Shown here: positions 12,401 to 24,670 of the stretch, one piece after another
Layout of the letters: each line of letters begins with the position of its first letter
Numbering within the stretch: position 1 is the first letter of the stretch
NCBI GenBank assembly: GCA_008632985.1
Contig: QPGO01000024.1
Location: forward strand, 310,001 to 374,000
DNA length: 64,000 nucleotides
Direction of reading: 5' to 3'
Source of the DNA: Psammoneis japonica
Taxonomy: Eukaryota
The notes under the pieces: model-generated
Told to the model about the DNA's origin: nothing
Databases searched by the model: none
Seen by the model: the letters and a program-made list of their open reading frames with translations, nothing else
Program-made: the position numbers and the translations under genes

Positions 12401-12502
12401 GTCAGTGGGAGGAGGAATTTTCGACCCTCCATCCTCCCCTTTCTTTGGGTTTGTTCCAGGTATCCCTTCCTCTCGTTGGGACGCAGATGTTGATCTACCC
12501 AT
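9449..12502 (-). CDS. SDP1: Patatin-domain triacylglycerol lipase (SDP1/Tgl-like) with an EF-hand; 4 exons
   Basis: LCLSGGAMMG oxyanion loop, GTSAG nucleophile, YWDGS. Introns 11204-11297, 10569-10652, 9869-9964. Needs one extra A near 11349 to splice in frame. Confidence 0.9.
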
Positions 12503-12917
12503 TACTTCGTTCGTCTGGCTCTCAGTTACTTTCTCTCAGTTGCTATTTCAGTTCATTCAAACAATAATCAAACGACTCAAAGTTTTCTCCGCTGCTTCAC
12601 ACCGAATTCAGAATGAGAACGCCGTGACACGTGAGAAACACACCGCGATCCAGATCATCCCCGATCGATGATGGAGATTGACAGTTCCCACCTCGTCATT
12701 CGTGACCGCGCGTATCCGCCAATCAAAAACGTCGGCATCACACGACATGACGTCATGGAGAAGATTAAATTTTCAGTATTCAGCCTCGAATATTACATTT
12801 CTCTAAAACTTGAAGATGTCGAAGCCAAACGTTCTCAATGACGAGGACAATCGTAACGCTTGTGATGGGCAGCAGGAAGTTTGCCCTGCATATCTCGTAC
12901 TCTCGCTGAACAATATC

Positions 12918-13664
12918 ATGATATCTGGCATTTCTCGAATCAAAAGCGTAAGGCGTTCGCTGCTAAGTCGATTCGAAGTTCAACAACAAGGCATTCAGCA
13001 AAGATGCCACGGTGGCAGTTGTGTTCGGCATGTTTCAGGCTACAAGTGGACAAGAAGTACTCTAATCTGCGCCAACGAGGCTCGGTTTTCCACTTCTGCA
13101 ACTCTAGCTTATTTGAGTGCGCCTCATGATACAGTCCGAGTTATAATCCAACGTTGCGACAAACGACAAAGAAACACACGATTCATGTCAACCACATTCG
13201 AAAAGAGACCTGACCCAACTGCACGCCGCCCAAATCGAGTTTGTGATCCATACGGACAAGAAGGGAAACCAATGCCATACGAAGAAGCCCACGATTTACT
13301 AACAACTACCTTAAATGATGGATGGATGCTGGAGGGACAAACAAAGAGCACCGAAGCAGATCAAAAAACACTGACCGCGCCGATGTATCTGAAGCGCCAG
13401 TTCCACCACCACGATTTCTTGCAGGGATCCAACTTTGTGTCGCAAATGGCGGCCGTGGCGTACAACCACAATCACTATCCCATCATTACTCTCGAACGCA
13501 AGTTGCTTCCCAAGTCATGGCTCGTCACGACAACCATTGCTTTTCATACTGCAACATTGCGCGGCTTGTCACGTCATGATTTTTACGTTGCGCTCATGAT
13601 GGACGTGGAAGTCGAGCGACCACAAGTTCGACAATTCATATCGTTAGAAGAAGAAGCTCTGTAA
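12918..13664 (+). CDS. PCBD: Pterin-4-alpha-carbinolamine dehydratase family protein with organellar presequence
   Basis: LKRQF..DF..G..FV..MA.VA...NHYP.I and HTATLRGLSRHDF motifs; Arg/Ser-rich N-terminus. Start could be 12816. Confidence 0.8.
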   Translation: MISGISRIKSVRRSLLSRFEVQQQGIQQRCHGGSCVRHVSGYKWTRSTLICANEARFSTSATLAYLSAPHDTVRVIIQRCDKRQRNTRFMSTTFEKRPDPTARRPNRVCDPYGQEGKPMPYEEAHDLLTTTLNDGWMLEGQTKSTEADQKTLTAPMYLKRQFHHHDFLQGSNFVSQMAAVAYNHNHYPIITLERKLLPKSWLVTTTIAFHTATLRGLSRHDFYVALMMDVEVERPQVRQFISLEEEAL

Positions 13665-14019
13665 ACAGAACTCGCTCTCTCTAGAACTGATCTGCTCTGC
13701 TCTTGTATCGATTGCAACAAAGGAAGTTCAATACCTGCATGGCAGAAAGCGAGATAGTACTTTGCTTCTCCATCAAAAAGTCTCCCACAATACAGTAATG
13801 AGGCTATTTCAGTGGATTTCTTTATGTAGCCTTCAGCGATAGAGCACCAGAATGTCCAGTCTAATCTATGTCATTGCATGGTAGGCATCTGCCAGTCTAG
13901 CAGTAGAAGCTTATGGTCGTGCGAAGCCAGCACGACAGCATTGCCATGAGGAATCATCCAAGAGTACTGTTGGAATTGCACATCGCTACAAGCTAGAGAG
14001 GATGTCACTTTAGTCTATA

Positions 14020-15290
14020 ACAGGTGAGAAGAGTGGTTGCGGTTTGTCACTCCCTTGACAACGCTTGAAACTGTTCTTGTGCAGAAGTTCCTAAACAGGG
14101 TGAGTCACCACATGGGCATTGATTGACGTTGGTTACACACACAGCCTCTTGTGTTTAACCTTTTCACAGAAGAAGTCACCGATGATGTTGTGCACATTAA
14201 TTCTGTCTAATTGGTTCCTGACAAAACAATGAAAGGCTTTCAAAACACTCCCACTTCTTGCACAGTGTTCATTCAACCAGTTGAACTGATTGATCTGTTG
14301 TGCTCACAACAAGATGAGGGTGTGGGTGTGTGTTGGCCACACGGGTTGAAATGCAATGTCTGAAAGGAATGAATCTCTGACCAGAAGTCAAGTGTGTGTG
14401 CGCTTCCAAAGCATGTGGGCAGGGCATCACCAATGGCCATGACATGTGCGGCGCAAGCTTGCCAAAAATGCACAGGGCCCTCTCTTAAACCACACATTGG
14501 GTGCTTCTTGGGCCATTGTCAAAACTCTTGGCCCTCTTGCCGGCATTTGCCGATCCCAACAACATGCCTCCTGCTCAAGCCAGATGGTCTTTTTTCTGGC
14601 TGTGCTCTCAAATGCCCTGCTGATGTTGGAGCACAGCTCCTTCATGGCTCCACCACCCCTTCCAATGCTCCTCCTTCTGTGCGCCACCACTTTCTGTCTG
14701 TCAGTGTCATGTTGCTGTTCCCCTGGCTCTTCCCCACTCTGCACACCTGGTGCGGTGCTTGCCCCTCCCCTCCCAAACCTTGTTCTTGCCAAGACTCACC
14801 TCAGCAGCAGTTTGGACAAGCTCTTTTTGCTGCACAAAACACCATCCATCACCAGCTAGCTTTTTCACCGTTGCTGCCGCCAGCCAGCAGGAAGGAGGTC
14901 TTTTCCTTCTCTCTGTTGCCTTTTGCCTTTGGCCATCTTCCTTGGAGGCACTGGACATTGCACTTCCATGTCTTCCTTTTCAGAGCATCCCAGATTTCTT
15001 CCTCCTTTGTCCCCTGCCCTCCCAAACCTTCGTAGACACACTCTTCTGAATTTTCTGGTTCCTCCTCTTTGTTTGCAGCCCTTGCCATCCAAGAACCTCC
15101 TCACCCAGCCAAGCACCGACATTGCCTGGAAGCAACTCTCTTCTGACTGATTTGGCTCTTCCTGCCACTCATCCATCCCCCAATCTTGGGCTTCCCAGCT
15201 CGTCAGCCTCAACTTTGTCAATCACAGCTGTCTCCGATCATCTCTCTGCTTCACCGGTGCAACATGCAGTCCCTGCCTTCTGCCATCGCC
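14020..15290. other. Small TpA-depleted hypermutated domain D3 between two host genes
   Basis: TA drops abruptly after about 14020 and returns at about 15290; degenerate ORFs only. Confidence 0.75.
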
Positions 15291-15547
15291 CGCCATAGAC
15301 TGTGAGCCCATCCGCCCGTCTGCCCGCACACAACCCGCCCTCCCGCCCCCTTCTTTTCCTCTCGGCCGGATCAATCATCGGCACCAATCGTCTCATCATA
15401 TTATGTTCAATGTGCACCAGATTGCACAGTCGTTGTCTTGTTCTCAAGAACCAAGAACGTGGCGAAAGTAACTGCAAGTCATCAAGAAGACTTGCCAATG
15501 TTTTATGGAGGAAGTTGGAATAGAACAAGTGTCTAGTTGTTTGCGAG

Positions 15548-17807
15548 ATGTCTTCGTTGATGGCGTTTGCAAGAGTGCACAGCAGCAGTACAAGAGTTGC
15601 TGCCAGGGCACTGTCTCATCCATTGTGCAACGTATTTCCAGTAAAAGGCGATTTCCTGAAGAGGCATGGAAGGACGCCCACGCGAAGCTTAGCACCGCGG
15701 CATTCTTTTGACAGCGTACACTTAGTGGCAAGCTGCAACCAACGATGCTTGTCCACAGCGAAGACGCACTCAATTTCTGCAAAAGTGGAAACGGATTTCT
15801 TTGGCGAACCGGTTACGTTCTTTGAAGGAAACAATTCTGCTATGGAAGCCATTCCAAATGTTATGACATCCTTGGACGATCTACTTCTTTGTATTGTGTC
15901 GAGGGGAAAGTCCAGCAGCGGTGGCGGTGATGATTATGGTCTATCTGCTCAAGCGGCTCATTCGTCTGCTTTATCGTGGGGACGAGTTATACGGAACGCA
16001 TTTCGATTCCATGAAATTTGCCCCATGTTGTCTTGCGTTGCAGTTGGACCTCTCTTAGCTCAGACAGGTGTCAATTATGCTCGTTTCCTCGACAAACTAT
16101 TATCGGCCACATACACAAGAACAGAAGACACCAAACAGGATGTACCTGTTGTTGAACTTGTAGACATGGCAAAGGATGCTGTGTCCCAAAAGTCCAACTT
16201 GGGTTTATCTCTTCGCGAGCGTTGGCATCTTGAAGCCTTGGACTTCATGTTGCAGCAAGACCATCGAGGGGCGCTGCAAGTCATACTGAGGTTGCTGCAC
16301 CATTGTCCTGGCGATGCCCTTGCCCTCAGCTTAGCCATGGATCTGTCTAATACAATTGGTAACACAGAAGCAGCAATGAGGTATGTCGACGAAAGATGCT
16401 GAAACGCGTTATTTTCCGACTACGTTTTGAGAGGCTGTTAGACTTACATGAACTACTTCCCGTTGCCTTTGTTTGGAATGAAGAGCCGCCACTACAGTGT
16501 CGTCATACTGGAACGAGCGTGGTGCTCGTCGAAATTCAATTCCAGGATACTCCATTGGAGCATCGTGGATTGCTCTTGGCTTGGCTGCTGGTGGTCGTTT
16601 TGCGGAGGCTGAACGTTTGGCGGATCAAGCTATGCAGCGAGACAAAGCTGGATGTGGTGGTATCGCCACGTACGCTTTGACTCTCGCCTATGATGCTGAA
16701 GGACGCACGTCAGAGTCTATTTCGCTCCTTGTTGGATTTGATGGAGTCGAACAGTATCAGTCAAGTGGGTGGCTCTTTTTTGACTCACATTTGGGCGGGC
16801 ATGGGGCACGTTTCTCTCTCGACAGAGAAGGAACGGGTGGTGGCAAGGTCGCACTACGTGTCTACGACAATTGCTTCGAACGCATATTGCAGTATAGCGG
16901 ATTTGCAAGTGGCACTCCTTGGACACAGCCCAAGCTTCGAGCACCCACTAAGCGCAGGGACCGTGTAGTGCAAAGTGTTGAGAAAGGCACAAAATCAATA
17001 TTTCGGCAGTTGTTTGGCGCGGGATCACAAGCGCCACCGCAACATCGAGTCAGCAATGAGACCGAGAAATCTCTGGGCTCTCAGGACACAGGCATGGAAA
17101 GCATTGCCAAACAGGCCACCGTGGAAGACGTCCTTGCTTGGTTGCCTCCCACACCAAAATTGCTGACGGACGCGACTTTGTTATTGCTTCGACTCACAAT
17201 GAATGGCACTGTTACAGGATCCGACTCACGATGGCTTAGTCTTCGAAAGGCCTGGATCTGTATGATGAACATGCACCAGAATGACGCATCTCTCGACTTT
17301 TACCCACTTGCATCCATCCTGGTCAATCTCTTTGCCAGTATGCCAACAAGGAGAAGTGATATCATTTCGAGTTCTCATGAATCAAATTTTGGGGCTGCCT
17401 TGAGGTTGATGGGATGTCTCCTGAAAGTGAGAGACCAGCCGTTGGACGTCGATGATGTAGCAGAATCTGAAGTCTTTGATGGTGCGGAGACTGAGCTGTG
17501 GGCCAAGGTGGTTCAGCTGCTGTCTGCTTCCTATTCCTTTTCCCTCAACGAAATCGATGCTTGGGAGATTGACGCACGTCCAATTCTCGCGCACGCAATT
17601 TGTTATGCTGCTATCTTTTCGAATGATCACGATGCTCTCTGCACAGCTAGAGCGATTTGTAGCAAGGGCGTATGCTTACGTCCGAATTCACCAGAGGAAT
17701 GGTGGCGGTACGGAGACATTCTCGATCAACTCGGTGACGAAGTCGCAGCTGAAGATGCACGAGCAGCAAGCATTAGCCTTGGATCTGGTGAAGGATATAG
17801 TCTGTAA
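15548..17807 (+). CDS. TTC38: TTC38-like tetratricopeptide repeat protein; intron 16381-16483
   Basis: RERWHLEAL…LLHHCPGDALAL…AERLADQAM…YALTLAYDAEGR pattern. A GT-AG intron joins the two ORFs in frame (AMR|AATTVSSYW). Confidence 0.7.
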
Positions 17808-18137
17808 AGTCTCAGTTTGCACGCACCGCTTTGTTCTGTTATACCGTTGCTCTAAACTGGGTTTAGATGAGTGCACTTATCCTTCCTTACATATGTAGCA
17901 AGGCGTTGTCGATGTGCATTGAACGAGAGAACAAGAGATTTCGGCCCTTTTAGTTTCCGACCAGCCAGACAAGCTCAAGGACGTGAGCAACAAACACTAC
18001 GAATGCTCGCTACACTGCCTTTCAGCGCTCAACGCGAAACGATGATGTGTAGAAAGAATGTTTTAAAAGCCAGTATGCTATTGTCTGTCCAGGGACAATC
18101 TGACTGTGTTGTCATGGAATGAAACGGTGGCGTCTAG

Positions 18138-19337
18138 TCACCCTTCTGCGGCGTAGCCATGCTTTTTCCTCTTCTTGACCTTTTGGCCGAACTCTCCCAC
18201 CAGAGGTACTTCGTTAGACGATTCTACTGCTGCGCTGCCTCTCTTTGACGCATTCTGTTGCTCTTCCCACTGACGGAGGTACATTTTCCCAGCTTGTATA
18301 CTTAACCACCGACCGTGTAGTTCTTGTCCATCGAGTTCAATGGCGTTGGCAACCGCCTTTGGTGATTGAAACAGAACACCACAGTATCCCTTGGAACGAC
18401 CGCTGTCTTCAAAGGTAGGAAAGGTAATCTCCACAATGTTTCCGCAGTGTTCAAAATAAGATCGAACATCTTGCTCTGTTGTATCGTAGTTAAGACCAAA
18501 AACTCTAATCGACAACGGTTGCCGGGCTTTTGAACGATTTCCATCTCCTTGATTACGCTTCTTGCTTTCCAATTTTGTTAGGGCTGCTTCTTGTACTGCC
18601 CTATCGTGTTTATATGGGCATCTTTCTCCCTTCCGACACTTGCCTTTCGTTTTCCAATTTATACAATCTTTTTGGCTCTTGGGTACTTCTCCTCTTGGTT
18701 TCTGCGGCACAACGACTGCCACTTCATGAGAAAACATACAAGCATCACCGGCTTTGCACTTTCCTTTTCTAAAAGCAAAACACTTTTGCTTCTTGCTACT
18801 TGACAAATCGGCTTTCTCCTTTGGTAGGGTACCTCCTTCTCCTGCATGAAGAAACTTGCAGTTGTCACCGTAAGGACAACGGAAGGCCGACCACAAAAAA
18901 CAAACATCTTGCTGGCTACTTGGATCACCTTTGGAATTAAAATCTGAATTATCCTTTCTCACAATGGGTCGAAGATAGAGAGTGTGTCGCTTTGTTGAAG
19001 TCCTCTTTGCGCCTCCTCGGATAGTGCCGAGTTGGATTGCCTCGTTTCGCTTTTCCACAGAACACATGGTTACGAAAGCAAACCCGCGGTGCTGCAATTC
19101 CTCTTTCACTTTCTTATCGGTTTCATGATCAGCGGCAGCCTCATCATGATGCGTTTCTTTCTCGTACGCCAACGCGACTTGTGCAACCGAGCCTGTTCCC
19201 AAACGCTCTTCCAAGATTCGCTTCACCGAAACATCGTCAAAATGGGACGGGATTCTCGAAATAAAGATTTTGCAGATGTCCCAGTCGCCTTCAGGCAACC
19301 CCTCTGTTGCAGCCTCTTCATCGTACGACGACGTCAT
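18138..19337 (-). CDS. RNA-binding protein with two RRMs and three CCCH zinc fingers
   Basis: RNP motifs KIFISRIP/RGFAFVTM and IRVFGL/KGYCGVLF; three CCCH fingers. Confidence 0.9.
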   Translation of the reverse strand: MTSSYDEEAATEGLPEGDWDICKIFISRIPSHFDDVSVKRILEERLGTGSVAQVALAYEKETHHDEAAADHETDKKVKEELQHRGFAFVTMCSVEKRNEAIQLGTIRGGAKRTSTKRHTLYLRPIVRKDNSDFNSKGDPSSQQDVCFLWSAFRCPYGDNCKFLHAGEGGTLPKEKADLSSSKKQKCFAFRKGKCKAGDACMFSHEVAVVVPQKPRGEVPKSQKDCINWKTKGKCRKGERCPYKHDRAVQEAALTKLESKKRNQGDGNRSKARQPLSIRVFGLNYDTTEQDVRSYFEHCGNIVEITFPTFEDSGRSKGYCGVLFQSPKAVANAIELDGQELHGRWLSIQAGKMYLRQWEEQQNASKRGSAAVESSNEVPLVGEFGQKVKKRKKHGYAAEG

Positions 19338-19630
19338 GGTGCTCGACAAGAGAGATGTCGGAACTTGGAAATGGATGGATGATGGGAAAGTAAAATAAAT
19401 GCGGTGCGCGGGCAGACCAATAATTGGAAGTCGTCCATCCCGCCCGCCCGCCCAGCCATGCCACACCCATCACCCACACTTTTCTACCGTATTGCTTTGA
19501 GAAAGGATTGAACAATGGCACTAAGTCAAAGTGTTTCTTAAAGAAGCTCTCCTACAAAAAGCAGGAACGAGTGATCGAACTGATGGGTACATGATGATCT
19601 CACATCATTACCACGTCATTAGCTCTTTTT

Positions 19631-22021
19631 TTAAATACACTCACAGGCATCAGAAAAGAACTCCTGAATGAATGCCGGCGCACGCATGTAAAGCCTACAA
19701 AATTCAATAGCATCGATCGGGGCAGGCACAAAAGTTCGAATCCAGCCCTCCATTCTTTCAATTTCATCATCTGATGCAATCCCCTTGTTCGAGTTACGGA
19801 AAACTGCCGCAAGCTCTGACGCGTCGAGGAGACCCGAGCCATCACGATCCATACAGTCAAATAATTCTAGCATGTCATCAATGGCTTTGAGAGATATACC
19901 GGCTGCCTCGGCTGCTGCAAGTCGCAGCTCTGGTGACAACACGGAACCTTTACCCCGCACTAAAGCGGCGGCTGATCGGGATAGCTCGTCACTCTCTACA
20001 ACGACCTCGGTCGCACCCGCTGTTTTTAAGGCAAGGGCTTCGGAGCGTGTTTGTGCTCTTGAATATATAGGAGCTTGCTCAAATGAAGCTCGTAGTCGAA
20101 ACGTTGCCGACATGGCCGTGCTATGTTCGTCGTACGAAATGAAGATAGCAGCAGGATCAGTCACACCGCTGGATCGAAGAACTTCGGGATTGCTTCCATC
20201 ACCAAAGAGAACGATGATATTCTCTGCATAGGTCGGTTTAGAGTCCTCTGCCAACGACGGGTTAGTGTCAAATGCAACGATATTATGCGACGGTGATCTT
20301 TCCTCTTCCGACGGTCTGAACTCATCACCAAGAACTTGTAAGAGCGACTGCCCCACTTCGCCACATCCACATACAACAAAAGCATCAGAAGCAACCTCTT
20401 CAGTTCGGACATCTTGCGATACCATGTCTGAGTCTGAGTCCGGACGAACGATAAAGGGCTCGGATGCGTCCGCGGCAAGGTTACCCAATAAAGGCGTAAC
20501 GCCCATGGTAATGAGTACGTTGGCTGTCAGAATACCCCCGAGATCCTTTGGCAGCACATCGAGCTTTTCAGCGAGTGCGAGCACCACAAAAGCGAACTCG
20601 CCGCCACCCGCAAGAAGAAGAGAGAGCCTGATTCCGTCTGCTAACGGAAGACGATTTGGCTCCAACCAGCGGGGTACTCGTGTCGCCGAAAAGAGAGTAA
20701 GTGCCTTGATCGTAACAAGAGAGATAACCCCTGCGACTATTGTTGGCCATTCGGTAAGCAACAACTCCGAGTCAAAATTTGAACCAGCGTCCATGAAAAA
20801 GATCCCGAGCAAGATCCCTTTGAATGGGAGGATATCTGCCTGAATCTGAGCTCGATAATTTGTATTCGCGAGGAGAACACCCGCTGCAAAAGCTCCTGCA
20901 GTATCCGTTAAACCTAGTGATTTTGCAATGACTCCCATTCCCACTGAGACTAGTAAACCCAGCGCGACGAAGGTTTCCGTGGATCTGGTCTGTGCGACAA
21001 GACGAAACAGCCGTCTAAGGAAAAATGATCCAGCCACCGCGACGGATCCGAATCCAATTATTGCTTTGGCCGTCAAAAATCCAATGGCAGCCTGCACAAA
21101 GAAAATCCAACAAAAATTGTGAGAATCATCGGCAACAACAGAATCTCACGAGTTTCAAGATGATTCGTCTCACTAGTCATAACGCACATAGTCAACCGGA
21201 CCTTGGCCAACCACATAGGGAAGAATGACAAGCAACGGAGCCACGGCTAGATCTTGAAGAAGCAATATGGATGTTGCTGCTTTCCCCGCATCCTCCTCTT
21301 CCCACTCTCGTTCCTTCAAAACAGGAAACACAAACGCAGAAGTTGACAACGCCCCGGCAACGGCCAGCACAAACACTTCAGCGGGGCTGGTCAGGTCAAT
21401 CAGGTCAGTATCCAGTGGCAAGGGCAACCGCTCGGCTAGTTGTGGAGCCACGACCACAAGAGCAGCTGTGAGAGCAGCAGTTGTGAGAGAAATTTGAGCC
21501 AAGCCCAATGGTAAGTAGTTTGTGAGTTGTTGCAATCTCGTTGTGGACACCTCCAAACCCTCCGAGAAAAGCAAAAACAAAATTCCGAAGTCCCCCAGCT
21601 CGACATCTGCCCTAGAATTGGCAAACAGATCTAGTCCATGTGGACCAAGAAATGCACCTGCAATAAGATAACCCAATATAGGTGTGATACCAAGGGCCGT
21701 AGCAACTGTTGTGACAGCAACACTTGCCGACAGAAACACCAGCAGATCTCTTCCGATTGACTCGAGCACCAACGATGTCGTGGCGGCTTCGAGAACGCCA
21801 CTGCCAACGTCATCTCTTAGGGCACTACCGACATCAAGTGTGTCGGCGAGTTGCTGTCCCAATTGTTCGAATGTTTCCGGAATGCCTGGAAGTGCCATCA
21901 ACTTGTGTCCCCGGCCAGCGAATGCGGAGTCCGGTAGAGGTATCGGAAGTAGTTGTTGGAAAGCGTAGCAGCCTCCATGATCGAGCAAACTCGATGCCAG
22001 AAGCAGTAACAAAAGCGACAT
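19631..22021 (-). CDS. KEA3: Plastid K+/H+ antiporter KEA3-like with TrkA-N domain and C-terminal EF-hand; intron 21092-21187
   Basis: Signal peptide followed by CYA-F; CPA2 motifs LSTSAFV, LLLQDLAVAP, GGEFAFV; FVVCGCGEVG Rossmann motif; DRDGSGLLDASE loop. Confidence 0.9.
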
Positions 22022-22448
22022 TCTGTTCCAAAGCACTTGGCATCATCATTGCCGATCTTTGGATCGCACCTTGAATATCTTCATCGCCGCATCGCAAAGG
22101 AGAGGAGAAAGAAAGTGCCATGCTGGATGCTCCTTCAACGTGCGTACTTTCCATTTGGCTATTCGCGTGTCCGTCTCTGTACAACTGGGTGTTTCTTACC
22201 GCTGCTAGCTAATGGCATGTGCATGACAGAAAAGTGAAGTAGAAGTATGTGCAACAGCTATGCGGCACTATTTTCTTTTTAACTTCTCTAATACCGTAGC
22301 AACTCTCTACCGGTACTCTAGCTAGGTACTCCAGAGAGGGCTAGTCTCTCTCAAATAAGAGAGAGTTACCCCAAACCAAACCACAGGTTTTCCGCAACTG
22401 CTCGCCGACATATTTCAGACTAGGATAGCAAACGACAATAATGTGCTA

Positions 22449-24272
22449 TCAAGTGGCGCGTATTATTGCGTCCATAGTCAGTGTAGCCTGTCTGGTAGCC
22501 TTGACATTGTGTACACGGAGAATGTTGCACGCAGGGCTAGTCTCCAAATAGTCACCTCTGCATAGTGCGGCAACGCAGGACGCCAATGATCCTGAATCTC
22601 GTTGGCGAGGCACTTGTTCACCAGTGATCTTCCCTATGAATCCCTTACGGCTTGTACCAAGCAACAACGGGAAGCCTCCCAACCTAGACCTGAGCTCGTT
22701 GAAGTGCCTCAAAAGCAAGAGATTTCCGCGCGTCTCCTTCGCGAATCCAATTCCAGGATCTAGCACTTGCAGCCACCGAGGAATACCTGCCAGCTCTGCC
22801 TCTCGAGACCTATCCAGCAAGGCAGCAGAGACCTCAGAGACAATATCGGCGTACTCCGTCATGTTTTGCATGTCCTCCGGAGTACCGCGCATGTGCATTA
22901 GAATAAACGGGACTTGCAATTTTGCTACGGTACTCAGCATTTCTGAGTCAAATTCGCCCGCCGAGACGTCGTTGACGATATCAGCTCCGGCTTCCACTGC
23001 AGCCTTGGCTATTATTGAGTGGCGTGTGTCGATAGATATGGGAATGTCTGACACTGAGAAATCACGAGCATCATCATCGAAGAGTGTAAACAAGAAATCG
23101 GAATAACGACAAGAAAATTAAGTCTTCAAAGGAGCACATACCTTGTCGTATACGCTGAATAACCGGAATAGTTCGATCGAGTTCCTCTTGAATCGCAACT
23201 TCCTTAGCACCGGGTCTTGTAGACTCTCCTCCAATATCAATTATGTGGGCTCCTTCACGTTCCATTTGAAGTGCTCTTTCGGCTGCCAATTCAGCCGACG
23301 AAAAGTCACCCCCATCACTAAAACTGTCAGGAGTCACGTTCAATATTCCCATTACAAGAGTTTGGTTAAACGTCAAAAACCTTCCTCGTGGAAGAGGAAG
23401 CACTCGAGTCGCACTCTGGTCGGATGCGGCGGGCTTCAACTCTTCGAGCAACTCGCGCACTGTAGAGTTTAAAAGAGGATGATGCAAATGAGCGTTCAAT
23501 TCGCACATGGGCGTCAAAACAAACTGCCTCTCAGCTATTCGCGGGTGTGGAACAGTCAACTGTGGCGAATCAAAGACCAGCTGTCGACTTTGCGATAAAA
23601 GGTCTGGCTCGCTCATAAACAGAATATCTAGATCAACCGGACGGGGTCCGTTGCGCTTTCCATTTAGGTCTCGTCCCAATTGCTCCTCCACCTCTTTGAT
23701 TCGCTTAGCAGTGCATGGGGATGCAATGTGGTCTCTGCCTCTACTACTCCATTGAGGAAGGGCGGCTGTTCAACAACATACATGGGGGCAGTCTCGTGTA
23801 GAAATGACGTCTTTCGGATGCGGAGTTGCATTTGGTGCTCATCCGTACATGTATCATCGCTCTGGGAAAGCAAACGAAGGGCTGTCGCAATATTACGAAA
23901 TCGATCGCCTAAATTGGATCCAACAGCGATGTAAACGCAACGACTTGTGTTCCGAGATATGGAAGTCAAGTGTTGTGTCCCCTGTGTGTGCAAAGACGCA
24001 GCCAGAATTGATCTGCGATGATTTTGCTGCCAATACCGCCTGCGAGTTTGTGACATTTCCTCGAGGTTCCGATGTGGCGAACGACATTTAGAAGAATCCC
24101 GAGCCGAAGATTTCAAACAAGGAATCAATCGACGAAACCCGCTTGCACGCACCGATGCCATCATCCCGATCAGCAGCGTCAACACGAGTATCGCCTTGAA
24201 CAAAACTGTGGATCTTGTTGACGGTTGTGGTCGACTCGCAAAGCTGAAAGCTCCCACAGTACTAACAATCAT
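22449..24272 (-). CDS. HPPK-DHPS: Bifunctional HPPK-DHPS (folate synthesis); intron 23054-23141; 1-nt frameshift at 23705-23706
   Basis: YIAVGSNLGDR, QPPFLNGV, GPRPVDLDIL (HPPK); MGILNVTPDSFSDGG, DIGGESTRPG, DPGIGFAK, GTSRKGF, LRVHNV (DHPS). Confidence 0.93.
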
Positions 24273-24355
24273 GAAGGCGTAAACACACTCGGTCTAGCTC
24301 ATCTCCCCGTCACGCTGGACACACTGGATGTTCGTTGGTCGAGCTTTGCGGCGGT

Positions 24356-24470
24356 CGGTTAGGGCCCCTAATAGGGATGATAACGAAAAACCATTTATCT
24401 TTTCTGGTATTGTGAGAAAATAAAAATACCGGTAATGCAATCGACTGCTGTATGTACGGTTCAAAAAGGA
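24356..24470 (+). repeat. Dispersed AT-rich repeat, homologous to 36770-36922
   Basis: Collinear blocks CTAATAGGGATGATA, ACGAAAAAC, ATCTTTT.TGGT, TGTGAGAAAATAA, TACCGGTA, TGTACGGTTCAAAAAGG. Confidence 0.85.
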
Positions 24471-24514
24471 GGAGCGCAAAAAGGATTTGCAACTTGCGCA
24501 CCCGACTGCAAAAA

Positions 24515-24670
24515 ATAAAGCGGCAAAGATTTCATGATCGTGGCTCAAGCCCATAACCCACATCAACAAATTACTTCGAGCCAAAGTACCGTAGGTAAGC
24601 TAAATATGGTTTTAAAACGATATCCCATAATTAAAATTTACTTCGCTCAAAAGCTAAATGGTTAACGAAA
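24515..24670 (-). repeat. Dispersed repeat, inverted homolog of 1023-1225
   Basis: See the 1131-1225 feature; also carries CGTTAACCATTTAGCTT. Confidence 0.75.

Noticed and set aside
23664..23710. Programmed ribosomal frameshift in HPPK-DHPS
   Set aside because: No slippery heptamer; a short A-run indel is the simpler explanation.
24465..24606. U1 snRNA-like words on the minus strand (CTTACCT, GATCATGAA, U-rich tract followed by a hairpin)
   Set aside because: Spacing, stems and the AUUGCAC loop do not fit U1; an Infernal search would settle it.
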